DNA of 64,000 nucleotides, taken from Octopus vulgaris. Taxonomy: Eukaryota. The stretch covers positions 62,000,001-62,064,000 of the forward strand of contig OX597833.1 in NCBI GenBank assembly GCA_951406725.2. The letters run 5' to 3'. The notes below the pieces were generated by a model. That model was not told the origin of the DNA. It saw nothing but the letters and a program-made list of their open reading frames with translations, and ran no database searches. This document shows, piece after piece, positions 11,743 through 23,980 of the stretch. Every line of letters begins with the position of its first letter. Positions within the stretch are counted from its first letter, which is position 1. Made by a program: the position numbers and the translations under genes.

Positions 11743-12651
11743 TAGGTAAATAATGTTCTGATCAGTTCTACTACCAATCATTATCACCACCAGTTGTCTT
11801 ATTCCTGAAGATGTACATTATCCTCAGCTGAACTTGAACTAAAAGGGTAAAGGGGGAAGACACCCTCCCTTCAGTCATGTATGACCATGAAATTGCACCT
11901 AGAAAGGCAAAGGGGCCAATACAGCTTGGCACCAGTGACATCACAACTCGTTTCTACAGATGAGTGAACTGGAGCAACATGAAATAAAGTGTCTTGCTCA
12001 AGAACACAACACTCAGCCCGATCCAAGAACTGAACTCACTACCTCGTGATTCTGAGCTTGATGCTCTAACCGCTGAGCTATGCTCCTTCACAAGGATTTG
12101 AACAAGGAACTAGGAAATATTTCTAAACGAAATACAGTTATATATCAGTCCAATAAACCATTGTTTTACTATGCAGATAGAACCTGAGGTAATGGAGAGA
12201 ATGAATGCAAGAGATTGGCTGTGTGGTAAGTAGCTTGCTTACCATCCACATGGTTCCGGGTTCAGTCCTACTGCGTGGAATCTTGGGCAAGTGTCTTCTG
12301 CTATAGCCTTGGGCCGACCAAAGCCTTGTGAGTGGATTTGGTAGAGGGAAACTGAAAGAAGCCCGTTGTATATATGTATATATATATGTGTGTGCGTGTA
12401 TGTGTTTGTGTGTCTGTGTTTGTCCCCCTAGCATTGCTTGACAACCGATGCTGGTGCGTTTACGTCCCCAGTCACTTAGCAGTTCGGCAAAAGAGACCGA
12501 TAGAATAAGTACTGGGCTTAGAAAAGAATAAGTCCCGGGGTCGATTTGCTCGACTAAAGGCGGTGCTCCAGCATGGCCGCAGTCAAATGACTGAAACAAG
12601 TAAAAGAGTAAATAAGTAAATAAGCAAGAAGTTTTTTTTTTTCCCACATAC

Positions 12652-12852
12652 ATTCTGCATGATGCTGAGTTCACAGCGCAATCTCTGAACAGCACTATCA
12701 ATGCTGAGTAGATGAATCCGCCGGCTGTCGTCCAGGGGTAGATTCTGAAGAACCCAATAAGAGAAATCCACAGGATCCATTCCAGATACTTCGGTTTTCA
12801 GACTTTCATTCCAGCTACACAGTTCTTTGCGTATACGTTGAATCAGATTCTC
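12652..12852 (-). CDS. CRBN: Cereblon exon 7 (ENLIQRI...DPVDFSYWVLQNLPLDD...QRLRCELSIMQN)
   Basis: PxDFSY, LPxDD and QRLRCEL motifs; acceptor tttttgcAG, donor AAT|GTATGT; 201 nt. Confidence 0.96.
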
Positions 12853-13291
12853 CTGCAAAAATACACGAATAGCAATTTCAACACCAACTAAACACTTTCA
12901 TTGCTGACGGGAGATTAAAAAAAAAAAAAAGAAGAAAAACGTTTTAATTTTGGAGACCCAAGACCCAGAAATGACTTTTACATGGAGATGTTTATTCAGA
13001 GTTGCTTTTCTGCATTATATTTACTCGGTGCATATTTTACATGGGAATCATCATCATCATCATCATTTAACGTCCGTTTTCCATCCTAGCATGGGTTGGA
13101 TGGTTCAACCGGGGTCTGGGGAAACCAGGAGGCTGAACCAGGCTCCAATCCAATCTGGCAATATTTCTACAGCTGGACGCCCTTCCTAATGCCCAACACT
13201 CTGTGAGTGTAGTGGATGCTTTTTACATGCCACTGGCACAGGGGCCTGAGCAGGCTGGCAATGATCACGATCGGTTGGTGCTTTTTACGTG

Positions 13292-13334
<43 letters not shown>

Positions 13335-13889
13335 TCATCATCATCGTTTAATGTCCGTCTTCCATGCCAGCATGGGTTGGACGGTTCAACCGGGGTCTGG
13401 TAAACCATGGAGGCTGCACCAGGCTCCAATCCAATCTGGCAGTGTTTCTACAGCTGGATGCCCTTCCTAACGCCAACCACTCCATGAGAGTAGTCGGTGT
13501 TTTTTATGTGCCACCGGCACAGGGGCCAGAGCAGGCTGGCAAACGGCCACAATCGGTTGGTGCTTTTACGTGTCACCGACACGGATGCCAGTCAGGTGGC
13601 GCTGGCATCTGCCACATTCGGACGGTGCTTTTAACATGTCACCGGCACAGGTGTCTTAACTACAATTTCCATAAAATAAAATAGAATAAAAGGGTAAATA
13701 GTGAAGATGGATAAATAACAGACGAAAGGGTCAGCATTGCTCATGAAGGATACCTTGTTGGGATGTATCCAGTTTATTGAGATGCAGACAGTTAATTGTG
13801 ATACAGTTACCAGGATACATTCACTTCACAAGGATAGACACAGCTAAAGGGATTACACGTTGGTTAAGTAGAATACCAGGATATACACA

Positions 13890-14060
13890 GTTTTCTCTCC
13901 TTGTTTCTCTCGTTGTTTTCTCTATGTCCCTTTCTGTAGAAGAGCGTAGGCTCGAAACATAAAAGACTTTTTCTATTCCTGAGCATTATACTAATACATC
14001 TGTTCGTTTTGTACACCACCTGTCTTTGTCTTTTGTTTTTTTCATAAACTCTCCCTATAC
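13890..14060 (+). mobile_element. Penelope-type 3' end fragment with hammerhead-like motif
   Basis: Same sequence as 60015-60170 (minus), which lies downstream of a GIY-YIG fragment. Confidence 0.6.
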
Positions 14061-14330
14061 ACAGTTAATTAGGATAAGCACAGTTAAAGGAATACATGTA
14101 GGTGATAGATGGTTAACTAGGATGCACATAGTTAAAGGGGACAGATATTGTTACCGAGAATACTAAGATGGTGAACAAAGAAACAAATGGTTAAACAAAT
14201 GCACACAGTCAGATGTTCTCTGTTTTAAAGAAAAGGTTTTGGCCAATTCCTTCGATATTATCCTCTCTCAAACTTTAATAAAAGGATAAACCAACTTCAA
14301 GTGAATACACAGCTTCTTCTTCTTCTACTG

Positions 14331-14372
<42 letters not shown>

Positions 14373-14374
14373 AC

Positions 14375-14440
14375 CGTGTCATACATTTTGTACACCCAAG
14401 GAGGCCATTGTGTGAAGTAGGAGGATGTGAATTTGTCCAG
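14375..14440 (-). CDS. CRBN: Cereblon exon 6 (LDKFTSSYFTQWPPWVYKMYDT)
   Basis: Absent from the ORF track. TxWPxWxYxxYD motif; acceptor ttttttctAG, donor ACG|GTAAGT; 66 nt, phase 0/0. Confidence 0.93.
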
Positions 14441-14875
14441 CTAGAAAAAATATACAATGAAAGATGAACAGTAATAATAATAATAATAATAATAAGGTTA
14501 ATATGACATAGATGTTTAGAACTATTAAATTTAAACATGAAATTCTAGCGGCGGCGGCACAGTGCCCAATGACTGAACCAAGTTAAAAAAAAAAGAAAAG
14601 AAAAAGAAACAAACTTGAAAAGAAAAGGTGCTCTTAGTGCTCCACTGGCACAGTAACGATCACGTTTGAATGGTGCTTTTTACATGCCACCAGCACGGAA
14701 GCCAGTCAGCTGCTCTGGCAGTGATCATGCTCAGATGGTGCTCTTAGCGCTCCACTGGCACGGGTGCCAGTCATCGAAAAGGACATGAAAAATTTAAAAG
14801 AAGGCACCCAGCTCTTCTCCTCTCCAAAAACACAATCAAACTCGATGGTTGCTACTCAAAGAGAAAGAATCTTAC

Positions 14876-15059
14876 CTGTTTATTGGTCAACATGTTGACT
14901 TTTCTCAAGATTTCGCCATTTCTGTCGACTGCTGTTTTCACGACCAAATCCTGCTGTGTGGGGCAACAACAGAACTTGTAGTGGCTCTGTGGTCGAGCGC
15001 CATCTAGATAGTCAGACTGAATCTTCTCAGGTAATATATGCACCTTGGCCATCAAGATT
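14876..15059 (-). CDS. CRBN: Cereblon exon 5 (ILMAKVHILPE...NMLTNKQ)
   Basis: AKVxILPE motif; acceptor T-run-ccAG, donor CAG|GTAAGA; 184 nt, phase 2/0. Confidence 0.92.
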
Positions 15060-15217
15060 CTGGAAAAAATCGGTGAAGAGGGAGGGAGAGCAGGAAGAGA
15101 TAAAGAGGAGGGAAAAAAGAAAAAAATAGAACACAAAATTAATTTAATTTTTAAGTATTTCTGTTTCAATTGTTTCTCATGATTTACTGAAAGGCAAAGA
15201 GAATGGCTAGGATATGA

Positions 15218-15450
15218 TGGTGGGGTGGTGGTGGTGATGGTGGTGGTGGTGATGGTGGTGTAGGTGAAGGTGGTGGTGGTGGTGATGGTGGTGGTGGTGA
15301 TGGTGGTGGTGGTGGTGGTGGAGGTGGTGAAGGTGGTGGTGGTGATGGTGGTGATTGTGGTGGTGGTGGTGGTGATGGTGATGTTGGTGGTGATGGTGGT
15401 GATGGTGGTGGTGGTAGCAGCTGTAGATGGTGTTGTTGTTGTTATTGTTG
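15218..15450. repeat. (GGT/GAT)n trinucleotide microsatellite
   Basis: Direct reading; explains the poly-T/H/V ORFs. Confidence 0.95.
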
Positions 15451-15494
15451 TTAAGCAACAAGACGGGTAAGGGTGATTAGGTGATGGTCTAGGG

Positions 15495-15697
15495 CAGTGC
15501 TTTTCAACCTCTTTTGCTGGAGCGGAACCCCAAGAAAACATTTCACTGGCTTGAGGAACCCCTGTGCAATAATTTAATTGTCTTATGCACACATATCTGC
15601 ACAGGAGAATTAAAAATTACTGTCGATTTTAGCAGTTTTGTAACTTCTTGCGGAACCCCCTGGACTGTACTGGCGGAACCCTGGTTGAAAACCACTG
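15495..15697. mobile_element. hAT-like MITE
   Basis: TIRs CAGTGCTTTTCAACC / GGTTGAAAACCACTG; 8-bp TSD gtctaggg/gtctgggg. Confidence 0.8.
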
Positions 15698-17623
15698 GTC
15701 TGGGGCTTAGGGACAGGAGACCCCAGACCTTGGAAAAAAAAAACTTTGGTCGTCTTGTTGTAGTCAAGGGCTCTTCGTTGACGCCCAACACCACTGGGAG
15801 GTGGCCCTCGAAGTCGCTGGAAATGGAGATCTCCAGGTCCAAATTCTTGGACGGCTGTAGGTGGTGTGGTGATGGTAGTGAGAGTGACAATGATGACAAT
15901 GGTGATAGTAGTTGCAATGATGATAGTGGTAGTGATGATGACAGTTGTGATGATGACAATGGTGGTGGTGGTGGTGGTGTTAGGGTGGTTCTCGAGTAAT
16001 TGGAAAGAAGTGAGTTTGAACAAATCTAACCTGAGCAGGACATTTGTTCATAGACAACACACTATCATCATTTCATTTAAAATCCCTTTTCTATGCTGGC
16101 ATGGATTGGACAGTTTAACAGGAGCCTGCAAGCCCAGAGGGTTTCTATGGCTGGATGCCAACCATTTTACAGAATGTACTGAGTACTTTTTAAGCGGCAC
16201 CAGCAGTGGAGATGCAATGGTCCAGTGGTTAGGGCAGCGGACTCGCGGTCGGAGGATCGCAGTTTCGATTCCCAGGCTGGGTGTTGTGTGTGTTTATTGA
16301 GCGAAAACACCTGAAGCTCTACGAGGCTCCGGCAGGAGGTGGTGGCAACCCCTGCTGTACTCTTTCGCTCCAACTTTCTCTCACTCTTTCTTCCTGTTTC
16401 TTGTCCCCCGACTTCCTATGCAACCGCTGAGCCTGGATGCGCATTCATCCATCCGTCGATGCTCTCGGTGTCGGGGGTTGACTTGCTGTCTCTTCTGCGG
16501 GTCTTACGAATAGCAAAGGACCACGTTTCGGACTTTTCCTACTACTGGGACAAAGACCGCTTCGCTCAACAAACAAACAAGTAGCACCAGCACCAGTGTA
16601 GCTCAGAGATCAGGGTGCAAGACAAGACCCCCTCAAATAAGTAGGGGGTAGTATTGGGGGAGGTGGCTTTGTGTCAGATGATGAGAGAGGTTAGAATCTA
16701 AATAGAGGGACAGAAACAGGTGTTTTGCAATAAATAAGGTACATGGTCTGTGGCTGAGAAGAAATGTCCAATGAAATACCAGTGCAACAACCAATAAAGT
16801 ACAACAAATATGGCAGTGTGACACTGGGATGGCTCTGAGTGACACCTTAGATGAATAGCATCTACCACAGCCATGGGTGAACCAAAAACGTTCTGAGTGA
16901 AAAGGACACGGGCCTTACTGTGCTATCTCTAGCACTCTTTTTGCCGTCTCATTCATTTTAAAATTTATTCTGCTCCAGTTATTAGATCTACTTGCTTCTG
17001 GTGTTGAAGCTATTGTCTAACCAATGCCAGCATGAGGGATAGACATTAAGAGAACCATCCGAACAACCATCCGAACGTGGCCGTTGCCAGCGCCACCCCG
17101 ACTAGCCTCATGCCGGTGGCACGTAAAAAGCATCATCCGATCGTGGCCGTTTGCCAGCCTCGCCTGGCCCCTGTGCCAGTGGCACGTAAAAAGCACCATC
17201 CGATCATGACCGTTTGCCAGCCTCGCCTGGCCCCTGTGCCAGTGGCACATAAAAAGCACCAACCGATCGTGGCCGTTTGCCAGCCTCGTCTGGCACCTGT
17301 GCCGGTGGCACGTAAAAAGGAAACAAACTACACTCACAGAGTGGTTGGCGTTAGGAAAGGCATCCAGCCGTAGAAACACTGCCAGATCATACTGGGCCTG
17401 GTGCAGCCTTCTGGCTTCCCAGACACCAGTTGAACCGTCCAACCCATGCCAGCATGGAAAGCGGACGCTAAACGAAGATGATGATGATGATGATGATGAA
17501 AGGGAAGAAGGGAGTCGCTTTAACCTTGCCAGAGACAAGATAATCTCTCTCTCTGGTGCTGTGGAACAAATGATTCGAGACCATATTTAGATGTAGAAAA
17601 CTCTTTGGGAGGAGGAGACTTAC

Positions 17624-17791
17624 CCATGTGTCTGACGATGGAATTCGATCACTCGAAACCTTTGGCGTCCTCGAGCCTTCATTTTGACAGTAGCTATACC
17701 GGATTGATTATCAGTTTCATCTTTAATGGAATAAATCTCAGCTGTGGTGCCAATACTAGCCATGGAAGAAGAGTCATCATCTGGAGAATAA
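17624..17791 (-). CDS. CRBN: Cereblon exon 4 (...IGTTAEIYSIKDE...VKMKARGRQRFRVIE...)
   Basis: GTTAEIY and GRQRF motifs; acceptor T-run-accaaaAG, donor GG|GTAAGT; 168 nt, phase 2/2. Confidence 0.94.
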
Positions 17792-18498
17792 CTTTTGGTA
17801 AAAAAAAAAAAAAAATGAAAAAAAAAACGAGAAAACAAAGAAAAAAAACAAACATATGGAAACTCATTTCTTTCTTCACATAGTGTATGTGTTCATGTGT
17901 TTGAGTGTGTATTTGTTTATATGTAGGCGTAGGAGTGGCTGTGTGGTAAGTAGCTTGCTTACGAACCACATGGTTCCGGGCTCAGTCCCACTGCGTGGCA
18001 CCTTGGGCAAGTTTCTTCTACTATAGCCTCGGGCCGACCAATGCCTTGTGAGTGGATTTGGTAGACGGAAACTGAAAGAAGCCCGTCATGTATATATGTG
18101 TGTGTGTGTGTATATGTATATATATGTATGTGTGTATATGTTTGTGTGTCTGTGTTTGTCCCTCCAACATCGCTTGACAACCGATGCTGGTGTGTTTACA
18201 TCCCCGTAACTTAGCAGTTCGGCAAAAGAGACCGATAGAATAACTACTAGGCTTACAAAGAATAAGTCCTAGGGTCGATTTGCTCGATTAAAGGTGGTGC
18301 TCCAGCATGGCCACAGTCACATGACTGAAACAAGTAAAAGTGTGTGTGTGTGTGTGTGGATGTGTGTGTTTGTGTATATGTGTGTATGTATACACAAAGA
18401 ATTTGGGACGAAGTAAAAGCAATTAAAACAATATTAATTTCTAAACATTGGCACAAGACTACACAATTTGTAGGAGAGGATATATATAAGGGTTTATA

Positions 18499-18892
18499 TA
18501 TGAGTGGGGTGCTGAAAAGTTCCTGGTTTTGGGTAAAAGAAAATAAAGGAGGATCAGTTAATTATGGTTTTATTCAACATATTCCCTTCTCAGATTCACA
18601 CACTTATTGCAGCAGTTCTTCGGTTTTTCTAATCCCTGTAAAAGAACTCAGAAGTTTGGGTCTCCAACCAGACCTTTTGTAATACCCTTAAAAGTTCCTA
18701 GTTTTGGGTAAAAGAAAATACAGGAGGATTAGTTATGATTTTATTCACCATATTCCCCCTCTCAGATTCACACACTTATTGCAGCGGTCCTTCAGTTCTT
18801 CTAACCCCATAAAAGAACTCAGAAGGTTGGGCCCTTCCAACCAGGCTTTTCAAAGTACCCTTAAAGCCAGGAACTTTTCAGCACCTTTCATA
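18499..18892. mobile_element. Mariner-type MITE with internal duplication (partial copy at about 32986-33172)
   Basis: TA-flanked TIRs GGTGCTGAAAAGTTCCTGG / CCAGGAACTTTTCAGCACC; the internal block occurs twice. Confidence 0.75.
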
Positions 18893-19039
18893 ATCACCTA
18901 TGATGATGATGATTGTGAATTGCATTGATACTTTTATTCTATCAACTCGTGGGAGGGTGGTAAACAAAGTTGATACAATATGGAGATATTACGATGCCCT
19001 TAGCAAAAACATTAAGTTAAAACTTCTAAAAACCTAGGT

Positions 19040-21279
19040 CTGACCAGTGACATTGTTTGGGTATGGAGTATGGACCCTAACAGGAGTTGACATCAACTGA
19101 CTGAGAGTGCTACAGGTAAGGGGTGTGCATCAGTTGAGCAGCCAAAAGATCAAATAATTCAACCCAGGGGCAAGGTGAGAACCCAGGTGAGAACAAGACA
19201 TAAAGTTGGTGATGATGGGACAATGAGATCTGGACTATTTTGGCCACATTACTGGGGCTGAGACCTATATGTACCCCTCCTTCCATCCTTGGGGGCTACA
19301 CAGATAGAAAACAGGTTCATGGGGGACAAACAAGAAGATGGAGTAATAATATTGAGGATTGAATGGAATGTACAAGGGCTGCGAAATAAAGATGGCAGTG
19401 TGTGGTGAGGAGTGATAGTCATGTTTGAGAACCCCTGCTCGTTAGCTACGAGGATGAATATAATCAATTAAAATCAGTGTAATGCAAGGGAGATTTGACT
19501 GCTATTTCTCACTGAAAGTACACAGGTTAAAAACAGAAAAAAAAAGGACCAAGGGTCACATAATGAAGCAGTAAGATACCTTGTGGTAATAACTCCAAAG
19601 GTTTTGTCCTTGTCCAGAAGATTTTTCATCATGGCAACTGTGTGGGACTGAAATAGATGCAGAGGTATCGTCTGTCCTGGCACCAGGATGACACTGGGTA
19701 GGGTGATGATGGGCAAAGATATACAAGCTTCATCATCGTGAATTGTCCGGCCACGCACTTCTTCGAGATCTTCACCTAAATACTAAACGCAATGGAAAAA
19801 TAAAAAAAACAATGAAAATATTTTATATTTCAATTTCAGTTTCATTATTTTTTTTTTTTATTTAACTGTTGTAAGTATAAAATGCATGCAATATTAAGAG
19901 ACAATTTTCACAAATAGGCGTAGGAGTGGCTGTGGTAAGTAGCTTGCTTACGAACCACATGGCTCCGGGTTCAGTCCCACTGTGTGGCACCTTGGGCAAG
20001 TGTCTTCTACTATAGCCTCGGGCCGACCAAAGCCTTGTGAGTGGATTTGGTAGACGGAAACTGAAAGAAGCCCGTCGTATATATGTATATATATATATAT
20101 GTGTATGTATGTGTTTGTGTGTCTGTGTTTGTCCCCCCAACATCGCTTGACATCGATGCTGGTGTGTTTACGTCCTCATAACTTAGCAGTTCGGAAAAAG
20201 AGACCGATAGAATAAGTACTAGGCTTACAAAGAATAAGTCCTGGGGTCGATTTGCTCGACTAAAGGTGGTGCTCCAGCATGGCTACAGTCAAATAAATGA
20301 CTGAAACAAGTAAAAGAGAATGAATCATGCATTATCTTGTAGGTTCAAAATTTTGATGATTGATTGTTTATTTTTAGAATGACATTGTAGGATAGGTGTG
20401 AGAGGCCAGGTCTGGACACTTTGAACATAAAACAGAAAAAATGTTTCAGCCGGTTATGGCTGGGTTAAATGCTAAAGGGTTAAAATATAACAAATAAAAA
20501 TTAAACAGATTTTCCAAAGGTTGATGCTTACAAAACATTAATTTTTTTTAGAAATGATTTTCAAATAATTTCTAATTTAAGCACAAGACCAACAATTATG
20601 AAGCTAATCTGGTCAACCCTAGTACATGACTGGTACTTTATTTTATTAATGCTGAAAGGATGACCTCAGAGGGATTTGAACTCAGAACATAAAGACCCAG
20701 AACAAGTATGGCAAGGCATTTTGCCCATTGTTCTAATGATTCTGCCATAATAAAATATTGTTAAAATTATGTAAGAATTTTACTTGGTCAATACCAACAT
20801 TATATATGTGTGTATATGTATCATCATCATCATCATCGTTTAACGTCCGTTCTCCATGCTAGCATGGGTTGGACGGTTCGACCGGGGATCTGGGAAGCCA
20901 GAAGGCTGCACCAGGCTCCGGTCTTATCTGGCAAAGTTTCTACAGCTGGATGCCCTTCCTAACGCCAACCACTCCGAGAGTGTAGTGGGTGCTTTTACAT
21001 TCCATCGGCACGAGGACCAGTCTGCCTCAAATCCACCTCCATATCTGACTCTAACCAGTGACATTGTACGGGTATGGAGTATGGACCCTAACAGGAGCTG
21101 ACATCAACTGACTGAGAGTGCTACAGGTAAGGGGTGTGCATCAGTTGAGCAGCCAAAAGATCAAACAATTCAACCCAGGGGCAAATGAGAACAGGTGAGA
21201 ACAAGACATAAAGTTGATGATGATGGGACAATGAAATCTGGACTATTTTGGCCACATTACTAGGGCTGAGACCTATATG
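19040..21279 (+). repeat. Pair of ~230-bp direct repeats (19040-19271 and 21051-21279)
   Basis: Near-identical sequence CCAGTGACATTGT...GGGCTGAGACCTATATG on both sides of exon 3. Confidence 0.9.
19580..19782 (-). CDS. CRBN: Cereblon exon 3 (YLGEDLEEVRGRTIHDD...ILVPGQTIPLHLF..., start of LON-N-like domain)
   Basis: Acceptor ccattgcgtttAG, donor AG|GTATCT, 203 nt; clear similarity to CRBN YLGADMEEFHGRTLHDD...LIPGQTLPL. Confidence 0.96.
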
Positions 21280-21445
21280 GTCTGAACCTTACCATCTTCG
21301 AAACAAAAGGGGAAGGGAATATTGCATAATGTGAATTTGGCTGTAGCACTTTGCCTAAAAATAAGATGAAATGGTCATGGCAGGAATGTTTTGCATCAAC
21401 AAGAAACACAAAAAAAAAGACAACTGAGAAGAAGAATGTAATTAC

Positions 21446-21609
21446 TGAATGTGCAACGGGTAAAGACTTGTCAAAGGTTGTATTAAACAACGGACGAGCA
21501 GAAGGTCGACTCCTGCCGGACGCTGCTTGTTGTTGTTGTTGTTGTAGTTGCTGCTGCTCATCTTCATCATTGTCAGTATCTACATCAATGCTCTCTTCGT
21601 CTTCATCTT
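21446..21609 (-). CDS. CRBN: Cereblon exon 2 (acidic/polyQ N-terminus ...FNTTFDKSLPVAHS)
   Basis: Acceptor T-run-cattacAG, donor TCA|GTAATT, 164 nt. FDKSLPVAHS resembles CRBN FDTSLPTSHT. Confidence 0.92.
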
Positions 21610-21734
21610 CTGTAATGAAAAAAAAAAAATGTCCTTTCTTAATTATTGCTAGTATTTACAAACAAGCGACCAAGAAAAAGAAAACTACTCAAAGCAATAG
21701 AGAAAAATGCATTTCTGTTATTAGAGTGGAAGCA

Positions 21735-22100
21735 CTCCGTCGGTTACGACGACGAGGGTTCCGGTTGATCCGAATCAACGGAACAGCCTGCTCGTGAAAT
21801 TAACGTGTAAGTGGCTGAGCACTCCACAGACACGTGCACCCTTAACGTAGTCCTCGGGGATATTCAGCATGACAAGGCTGGCCCTTTTGAAATACAGGTA
21901 CAAGAGAAACTGGAAGTAAGAGTGAGAGAAAGTTGCGGCGAAAGAGTACAGCAGGGATCACCACCATCCCCTGCCGGAGCACGTGGAGCTTTTAGGTGTT
22001 TTCGCTCAATAAACACTCACAACGCCCGGTCTGGGAATCGAAACCGCAATCCTATGACCGCGAGTCCGCTGCCCTAACCACTGGGCCATTGCGCCTCCAC
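21735..22100 (-). mobile_element. tRNA-derived SINE family C (related copies: about 16207-16570 +, 44289-44585 +, 44638-44924 -, 50092-50394 -, 52139-52506 +)
   Basis: Head GGCGCAATGGCCCAGTGGTTAGGGCAGCGGACTCGCGG...GGTTTCGATTCCC is tRNA-like, followed by a shared body. Confidence 0.8.
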
Positions 22101-22263
22101 TCTGTTATTAGAACCATCATGATGGTATGTGGTCTTGCGGTTAGAGTGTTACACTCGTGATCATAAGGTCATGGTTTCAATTCCAAACCAGGCAGTACAT
22201 TATGTTCTTGAGCAAAACACTTTATTTCATGTCACTCCAGTCTATTCAGCTGGAAAAAATAAA

Positions 22264-23379
22264 TACCATAAATCCTCGAGAATAATCCATATTTTTTTCC
22301 CAAAATTTAAAGGTCAAAATCCCTACTGCGTACCATATACGAGGTTAAAAATGAAAATTATTTTCTAAGCAATGTCCGAGTCTTTGCTGTCTGGCAATGT
22401 TTATTCATACACATTTTGTGATGTCGGGCATGAAAATACCTTAAGCTAAGCCTGAAAGCAATGAAGTCATAAAAGAATCATCCATAACTTGCAGTAAGCA
22501 ACATTTATTAAATGTTATTACTGTTATTTCTTTATTTTCTGCAAACAAAATGCACAAAAAAGCTACACGTTTGCATTATGTTATATATACAATAATAATA
22601 AAGGACGTTACTGTATACAATTTTACAAACGAAGGACGTTATATAGACCTTGACTCAAGTTAGAGAAGGGGTGCGTATTATACACAAGGTTTAGGTTTTT
22701 CAGAGGTACAGCCCCTTAAAAATCCTCTGCGTATTATACTCAAGGGCGGACTATAATCGAGGATTTATGGTTTGCATTATGTTATATATACAATAATAAT
22801 AAAGAATGTTACCATATACATTTTTACAAACCAAGGACGTTATATAGACCTTGACTCAAATTAGAGAAGGGGTGCGTATTATACACAAGGTTTAGGTTTT
22901 TCAGAGGTACAGCCCCTTCAAAATCCTCTGCGTATTATACTCAAGGGCGGACTATAATCGAGGATTTATGGTTTGCATTATGTTATATATACAATAATAA
23001 TAAAGAATGTTACCATATACATTTTTACAAACCAAGGACGTTATATAGACCTTGACTCAAGTTAGAGAAGGGGTGCGTATTATACACAAGGTTTAGGGTT
23101 TTCAGAGGTACAGCCCCTTAAAAATCCTCTGCGTATTATACTCAAGGGCGGACTATAATCGAGGATTTATGGTTTGCATTATGTTATATATACAATAATA
23201 ATAAAGAATGTTACCATATACATTTTTACAAACCAAGGACGTTATATAGACCTCCTCGACTCAAATTAGAGAAGTGGGTGCATATTATACACAAGGTTTA
23301 GGGTTTTCAGAGGTACAGCCCCTTAAAAATCCCCTGCATATTATACTCATGGGCGGACTATACTCAAGGATTTATGGTA
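22264..23379. mobile_element. Tigger/pogo-like MITE with its 3' 201 bp tandemly repeated four times
   Basis: TACCATAAATCCTCGAG...GAGGATTTATGGTA-type TIRs; units start near 22569, 22770, 22971, 23172; nested in a SINE. Confidence 0.8.
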
Positions 23380-23980
23380 GTACCTATAATTCAAAGGGTC
23401 AAACTGAATCTCCCTGAGAACTACATTAAGTGTACACGTGTCTGCGGTGTACTCAGCCATTCACATATTAATTTCACAAACTGACTGTTCCATCAATTGG
23501 ATCAATTGAAGCCCATCTTGTTGTAACTGACAGAGTGACCTATTTCTTTATTACCCACAAGGGGCTAAACATAGAGGGGACAAACAAGGACAGACATAGG
23601 TATTAAGTCGATTACATCGACCCCAGTGCGTAACTGGTACTTAATTTATCGACCTCGATAGGATGAAAGGCAAAGTCGACCTCGGCGGAATTTGAACTCA
23701 CAACGTAACGGCAGACGAAATACCACTAAGCATCTCGCCCGGCGTGCTAACATTTCTGCCAGCTCGCCACTGACAGAGTGACCGTTATGTGTCAGATGGT
23801 TTAACAAGGTCCAGCTGATCTGATGGCCTTCATCATGCCCCAGTGTCTCCTTGGACATGGTTTCTATGTCTGGATGCCATTCCTAACACATAGACGTCTA
23901 TCTTAACGCTGTGCTTCCCGACTTTGCGGTCTTGGATTAAGTTCCACAATCTGGTAAAAGGAAACTAAAAGAAGCCCATC

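Noticed and set aside
14852-15592. 246-aa Thr-rich mucin-like ORF
   Set aside because: A (GGT)n microsatellite in frame with CRBN exon 5; only 14876-15059 is supported as coding
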